A stretch of 64,000 bases of DNA from Candidatus Hydrogenedentota bacterium (GTDB lineage: Bacteria > Hydrogenedentota > Hydrogenedentia > Hydrogenedentales > SLHB01), in NCBI GenBank assembly GCA_963745075.1, contig CAVUWV010000018.1, positions 96,001 to 160,000 on the forward strand, read 5' to 3'. Below, one piece after another: positions 58,926 through 64,000 of the stretch. Position 1 is the stretch's first letter, and each line of letters starts with the position of its first letter. The notes below the pieces were generated by a model that was not told the origin of the DNA, ran no database searches, and was given only the letters and a program-made list of their open reading frames with translations. The position numbers were made by a program, and so were the translations under genes.

Positions 58926-61496
58926 TTATCTCAAGATCGTATTGAACTCGTTCTTCTTCTCTTCGACGGGCGCCGTCCCAACCTTGGCGCGGCGCTGCTC
59001 GATTTCCGGTCCGGTGGCGCCGCGCTTCTCGGCTTCGTCGAGGTATCGGCGCGCGGCGGACAGATTGTCGCTGGCAACGGCGATGTCGCACAGCACCAGC
59101 CACGGTGCGGGGCTGTCCGGATACTTCTGGGTAGCCTCATTCAGGTATTGATCGGCGAGAGACACCGCCTTCATCGACATGGCGATCTTGGCCAGACTCA
59201 CGAGAGGCAGCGCCGCTTCCGGGGTTTTTCCTGCGGCGGCTTCCAAATACGCGCGCGCGGCATTCCACCGGCCCATCGCGCCGCAGCGCTGGGCCAATTG
59301 CATCCACGCAGAAGGTTGACCGGCTTCCGTTGCAGGGGCCTGTGGCCAATGATTCAGGAAACCCTGCTCATCCTCCGCCATAGCGCGACAAACGCCCATC
59401 ACTATCCACGCTTTCGCGTCGCCGGGGTGGTCGGCCAGCATCTGCGATAAGAGGTACGAGGCCTGAATCAATTGTCCCCGGCCCAGCAGCACCTCTGCTT
59501 CCAGTTGCATTCCTTCCAGGCTTTGAGGGTCCCTCTGGAGCTGCGTGCGTGCTTGCTGCTCCAATTTGTTCAGGGCGGTCATGGTGCGACGTACGTTTTC
59601 GAGTTGTTTCTCGGCAGGCGCGTACTTCGTAGTGGAAACGATATCGCGTAGTTCTTTTTCCGCAGCATCGAGATCCCCCGTTGCTCCCAACAATGCGGCC
59701 AACTGCGTTCGTAGCTCGGGCGGCAACGTGCCCAATTGTTCCGCGCGCCGGAAGTAATCGATGGCGAGGAGCCGGTCATTCATCCCGCCGGTGGTGTTCG
59801 CCCGTGCCAAGAGGTTTAACGCGAGCTGCGCGGTGTAGTCGAAGTTGCCGGGGTCGCGCCACAGGGCGTCGCGAATCAAATCGACGGCGTCGTCGCGCTT
59901 GCCGAGAAAGCTCGCGCACCGGCCCAGCAGATATAGAGTTTCCGCGTTTTCAGGATTCCGCTCCCGGGCAGTGGACAGGCTGTCTTGCGCGGCGATGAAG
60001 AGTTGCTGCGCTTCTTCCTCCTTGCCTGCGGCGGCGGGTTTCTGTCCTTTCTGGGCGAGGTCAGCTCCTTCTCGGATCGCGTCGACCGCCTTGTCGTAGT
60101 AGAGTTGCCCGAGACGTTCCAAGGGGAACGCAGCCGTCTGCGTATCGATCGCGGCGTCCTGCCAGAGGGACTGGGGATCCAGCCAGACGCGATTGCGCAG
60201 AAACGTGCCCGAGCCGGACGCGATGAGCAAGATGACGGCGGCTGCCGCTGCTGCGAGTTGTGTCACGCGTTGGGCCGAGGCCTTCGCGACGAGCCATGGT
60301 ACAACCATGACCAAACCGCACAGGGGAAAGTAAAGTCCGCGCTCGGAAAACGGTGCGGAGGCGGAAAAGGATAATGTGGTCCATGCGAGCCCCGCGACAA
60401 ACCAGAGTAGTCCCAATCCCACCATGGAACGATAGGTGATGAAGAGGACGGCCACTCCCAGGATAACCATGCCAGTCAGCAGGGTCAGTCCGGCGTGAAC
60501 GGATTGATCGCGGACGATATCGCTCGAAACGCGCGGCGGTAGGTTGTGGTCCACCGTAAGCGCGGTCGGACTGAGCGTTGATTCGAGCCCGTCCATGAAA
60601 GCTGCGGCCCGGTCAACATTGGTCGCTTGGGGGGCAGAACTGACCAACTCTTGGAAATCGGGGGTACGGGGCTGGCCTGCAAACCAGACGACGAGTAGCA
60701 CCCCAAGCAGGCCCCAATAAGCCGCGTGGACGACGACCCGGCGTAAAGCGTGCCTACCATGCAGAATCCAGTCGACGACCAGAACGAACACCGGAATCAG
60801 CGCCGCCACGTGGTTGCAGTACCAAGCCAAAAGCATGCTCGACAGCGACAAGGCGAGCGGACCGATTCCGAATCCTTCTTCACGTTCGGACGCACGAACG
60901 AAGAGCAGAATCGCGAGCAAGGAGAAAAAGGCCAGTAACAATCCCGACCGTCCCACAACATAATCCACGCTCTCGGTAGCCACGGGGTTCAGCGCGACAA
61001 ACAAACCGGCAAGCATAGGAACGGGTTCGGGAGTCCCTCGGGGCAACAAGCGCCTGCAAACCAGAAAGACCAACAGCGCGTTCAATGCGTGCAACAGAAT
61101 ATTGATCGCGTGGAAAAGACCGGGACTTCCGCCGGAAATTACCCAGTTTGCCGCGTAGGTCAGCATCGGCAGCGGAGCGGACGGCTGGACGCTTAATGCT
61201 TGCGGTACCGTAGCGATCCGATGGGCGTTCGCGTTGTCCACAATGACCCGCTGGTCCAGGTAATGGAATGGGATCGAAAATGCGTTTGAATAGGCGATGA
61301 CGGCGACGATTAAAACCAGAAAGCCGGCAATCCAGACTTGGGCCGTATCGATCCCTTGAAGTCCTTCGAAACCCGGTTTCGTTTCGGGTTCCTCCGGGGC
61401 GGCGGGTTCGAATTCCGGCGACGCCGGTTCAGCCTCCGAAGTATTTTGCTCCGGCTCCTCGGGAGCCGTTTCTTCGTCGCGTGGATCCTCAGCCAC
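58926..61496 (-). CDS. TMTC-like multi-TM protein with C-terminal TPR repeats (GT-C-like)
   Basis: FHAINILLHALN, PVATESVDYVVGR, SERGLYFP, RNRVW..PQSLWQD, followed by TPRs. Confidence 0.8.
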   Translation of the reverse strand: MAEDPRDEETAPEEPEQNTSEAEPASPEFEPAAPEEPETKPGFEGLQGIDTAQVWIAGFLVLIVAVIAYSNAFSIPFHYLDQRVIVDNANAHRIATVPQALSVQPSAPLPMLTYAANWVISGGSPGLFHAINILLHALNALLVFLVCRRLLPRGTPEPVPMLAGLFVALNPVATESVDYVVGRSGLLLAFFSLLAILLFVRASEREEGFGIGPLALSLSSMLLAWYCNHVAALIPVFVLVVDWILHGRHALRRVVVHAAYWGLLGVLLVVWFAGQPRTPDFQELVSSAPQATNVDRAAAFMDGLESTLSPTALTVDHNLPPRVSSDIVRDQSVHAGLTLLTGMVILGVAVLFITYRSMVGLGLLWFVAGLAWTTLSFSASAPFSERGLYFPLCGLVMVVPWLVAKASAQRVTQLAAAAAAVILLIASGSGTFLRNRVWLDPQSLWQDAAIDTQTAAFPLERLGQLYYDKAVDAIREGADLAQKGQKPAAAGKEEEAQQLFIAAQDSLSTARERNPENAETLYLLGRCASFLGKRDDAVDLIRDALWRDPGNFDYTAQLALNLLARANTTGGMNDRLLAIDYFRRAEQLGTLPPELRTQLAALLGATGDLDAAEKELRDIVSTTKYAPAEKQLENVRRTMTALNKLEQQARTQLQRDPQSLEGMQLEAEVLLGRGQLIQASYLLSQMLADHPGDAKAWIVMGVCRAMAEDEQGFLNHWPQAPATEAGQPSAWMQLAQRCGAMGRWNAARAYLEAAAGKTPEAALPLVSLAKIAMSMKAVSLADQYLNEATQKYPDSPAPWLVLCDIAVASDNLSAARRYLDEAEKRGATGPEIEQRRAKVGTAPVEEKKNEFNTILR

Positions 61497-61599
61497 TGGT
61501 ATTCGTCCTTCACAATTCGTTGCCAGGAATAAATTCTTCTATTGCCCGTAGATTGCGCAGTATAGTCCAATTGGGAGCCGGGATAAAATGCGGTGGTCC

Positions 61600-63048
61600 T
61601 CATGAGCAACGTCGACGGAAGGCGGTCACGAGCAGAATCATCCCCATCCCTATCGTGGCAAAGGCTGCCACCGGCTCCCAATGCGGAACTGCCCTGCGGA
61701 GTTGGAGCACGGCCGACTTGTCCGACGTAAGCCGGGTGGGGTGTTGCGTGATGTCCCATCCAGCAATCTGGAGTTCATCATCCGGATCGAGGGTTACAGT
61801 TACCGGCGGCTTTCCGCCAGGTTCGTAGACGGCAATCGAAAACCGGACCTTTGAAGGGGTGACGGCGGGTTCAAAGCGAATGGTTGCGCCGTCGCAGGTG
61901 ACTGCGCCGTGTTCGGGAACGCGCAATTGCCGATCCGGAGAGTGGGCGACGACCTCATATAGCGTAGATTCATCCGGACCGATCGCGGTCGCGGAAGGAA
62001 GGACTTCGTCCAAACGCACGGTGAGGCTGGAATCCGGCGACGACCAGGTTTCGCCTTTGGCAAGGTGCGCATCCGCGATCCATTCGCCGTTCCGCGACAG
62101 CCGAACCTGCGCCTTGCCGGGCTCCCACGCGGCGACATGGAGAATCAACGGCAATCGGGTCAGGTCTTCGAATCGGACGGGGCAGTCCTGGGGAACTTCG
62201 TTGAGGGCGATCCAGCGATGTTCGGATATCCCGTGTCGGTCGATGGCAACTTCGATCGCGGACGTGGGTCCGTCGACACCCGGGTGGTTGTCGTTACGGC
62301 GAATCAGCGTGACGGAGGAGCCGTCCTCCATGGCGAGTCCCGAGCCGGGTTGAAAGGATGACAGCCATTCGGTGGTATCGCCTTCGGCCACGCCCCAACG
62401 GGCAAGGTCACCTTTCGCGGTACTGTCCGAAAGGCTCTGCTCGGCGGCGCCCGGTGAATCGACCCACGCAAAGTGCAAAGCGGTCCGATCAGCGAGACGG
62501 ACCCATGCGCCGTTCGGAACGACAACGGAGTCGGTCGGCAGTTCCGTCCCGCCGACGGCGACGGTCAGAGCGGCCATGGGAGGATTGCCCGGGGCGGCGA
62601 CCAGCCCGCGCCAGGGTCGCACGTTTTCGATAGTGAATCGTTGCGCACCGATGCGGAAACCCGTGCCGGGAGCGGCATTCACGCGCTGCACGCCAGCCGG
62701 CGTTTTGATGGATAGGGTTCCTTGGAGCGCATGCGGTGTGATGGTTTTGCCCTTGGTGATCGCAATCGCGAAGGGCAGCGCGGCCACGTCGTAGTACTGG
62801 TTTTCGTCGATCCAGCCCGATGCGTTGGAAGGCGCGGCAAAGGGGATGTGTTTCCCCAGCATTCGTTCTACGCGCGCCTTCCACGGCGCCTGCGCTTCGG
62901 AAGGGAGGGCGATTGCGACCGCTTCGGCGGTTTCGGTTTGAATGCGGATGTCGCCGGTAAAGGTTTGATGCCAGGTGTAGACGAGGCCACTTGTGCCGGC
63001 AGCAACGCACATTACGGCGAGAGCGGCTTGCAGGTACGGTCGAACCAT
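61600..63048 (-). CDS. Hypothetical protein with N- and C-terminal TMs (weakly ResB-like topology)
   Basis: 482-aa ORF; beta-rich periplasmic part between two TMs. Confidence 0.55.
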   Translation of the reverse strand: MVRPYLQAALAVMCVAAGTSGLVYTWHQTFTGDIRIQTETAEAVAIALPSEAQAPWKARVERMLGKHIPFAAPSNASGWIDENQYYDVAALPFAIAITKGKTITPHALQGTLSIKTPAGVQRVNAAPGTGFRIGAQRFTIENVRPWRGLVAAPGNPPMAALTVAVGGTELPTDSVVVPNGAWVRLADRTALHFAWVDSPGAAEQSLSDSTAKGDLARWGVAEGDTTEWLSSFQPGSGLAMEDGSSVTLIRRNDNHPGVDGPTSAIEVAIDRHGISEHRWIALNEVPQDCPVRFEDLTRLPLILHVAAWEPGKAQVRLSRNGEWIADAHLAKGETWSSPDSSLTVRLDEVLPSATAIGPDESTLYEVVAHSPDRQLRVPEHGAVTCDGATIRFEPAVTPSKVRFSIAVYEPGGKPPVTVTLDPDDELQIAGWDITQHPTRLTSDKSAVLQLRRAVPHWEPVAAFATIGMGMILLVTAFRRRCS

Positions 63049-63115
63049 GATGGGTGAACGCGATCCATGGGGGTGTTATCTGCGCGAAGTTTTGATGACA
63101 ACGCTATTGTCGCAA

Positions 63116-64000
63116 TTACTTTGCGGTCGCTTCAACGGAAGGCGCAGAATCCTCGGACGACGCAGTCGGCAGTATCTCGGCGAGGTGCGCGGTGAACGTA
63201 TACAACGTCGGAACGACGACGAGCGTGAGCACCGTAGCGAAGGTCAGGCCGAAGATCACCGCCACGGCCATGGAGCCCCACCATTGGCTTGACTCGCCGC
63301 CGATGGTCCAGTGGAATTCGCGGAAATTGAAGCTGATGCCGAGGGCCATCGGAACCAGACCGAGAATGGTGGTGATTGCCGTTAACATGACTGGACGGAA
63401 CCGCGTCATCCCGCCTTCGACGACCGCATCTTCGAGCGACAATCCGCGGTTGCGAAGCTGGTTGATGAAATCGATCAACACAATGGCATTGTTGACGACC
63501 ACCCCGGCAAGGCTGATCGCCCCAATCCCGGTCATGAGAATCCCGAAAGGCATGTGGAAGATGAACAGCCCGAGGAAAACGCCGGCGAGGGACAAAATCA
63601 CCGAGCTGACGATGATGAACGGTTGCAGAATCGAATTGAATTGAGCGACCAACACCAGTGTAATCAGCAAGATAGCTGCGGCAAACGCGCGCGCCAGAAA
63701 ATCTTCGGTTTCGACCGTGTCTTCGTTTTCGCCCGTATACGCAACGGTGTATCCGGCGGGCAGCGGGAAATCTTCCATCGCTTCTTGAACTTTGCCGAGC
63801 ACTTCCTGGCCCGACTTCCCGGCGACGACATCCGCCGAGACTGTCACGGTCCGGTTCCGATCGATTCGGGTAATACTCCCTAGCCCCGCGCCCTGTTCGA
63901 TGTGTGCCACAGTGGACAATGGAACGGGTTGACCGTTGAGGTTGATGAGATCCATGGACTCGATATTGGAGAGGTCTTCCCGGAAGGCTTGCGGGAAACG
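63116..64000 (-). CDS. RND efflux transporter permease subunit, C-terminal part; gene starts beyond window
   Basis: GVVVNNAIVLID, RFRPVMLT, GLTFATVLTL. Confidence 0.92.
   Translation of the reverse strand, partial: RFPQAFREDLSNIESMDLINLNGQPVPLSTVAHIEQGAGLGSITRIDRNRTVTVSADVVAGKSGQEVLGKVQEAMEDFPLPAGYTVAYTGENEDTVETEDFLARAFAAAILLITLVLVAQFNSILQPFIIVSSVILSLAGVFLGLFIFHMPFGILMTGIGAISLAGVVVNNAIVLIDFINQLRNRGLSLEDAVVEGGMTRFRPVMLTAITTILGLVPMALGISFNFREFHWTIGGESSQWWGSMAVAVIFGLTFATVLTLVVVPTLYTFTAHLAEILPTASSEDSAPSVEATAK

Noticed and set aside
1..64000. RND permease C-termini at both window ends pointing inward
   Set aside because: Divergent paralogs with no nucleotide-level inverted repeat; a coincidence of window boundaries.

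Overview
GC-rich bacterial chromosomal window. The many Tat/Sec-exported glycan enzymes, a sulfatase and a prepilin/H-X9-DG protein suggest a PVC- or Hydrogenedentota-like organism; this is an unverified inference. It holds about 50 CDS, bounded at both ends by C-terminal parts of RND permeases. Contents: a reduced cell-division operon (murC-ftsQ-ftsZ-pilT/U, no ftsA); two complete insertion sequences (IS630 with CTAG/TA ends; IS1202/ISNCY-type with a 16-bp target duplication); several REP/MITE-like palindromes; and no rRNA, tRNA or CRISPR. Main observations: (1) two tandem cobalamin riboswitches in a ~670-nt leader behind a near-consensus sigma70 promoter, controlling a lone prepilin-type H-X9-DG protein, a candidate non-Btu B12-acquisition component; (2) a 40-aa ORF missed by the ORF track, with its own promoter and RBS, that joins a dockerin-like motif to a pilin-type transmembrane helix; (3) two NrdR-box-like 16-mers flanking the murC-ftsQ-ftsZ promoter. 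About ten single-base frameshifts in otherwise intact genes most likely reflect long-read assembly errors.
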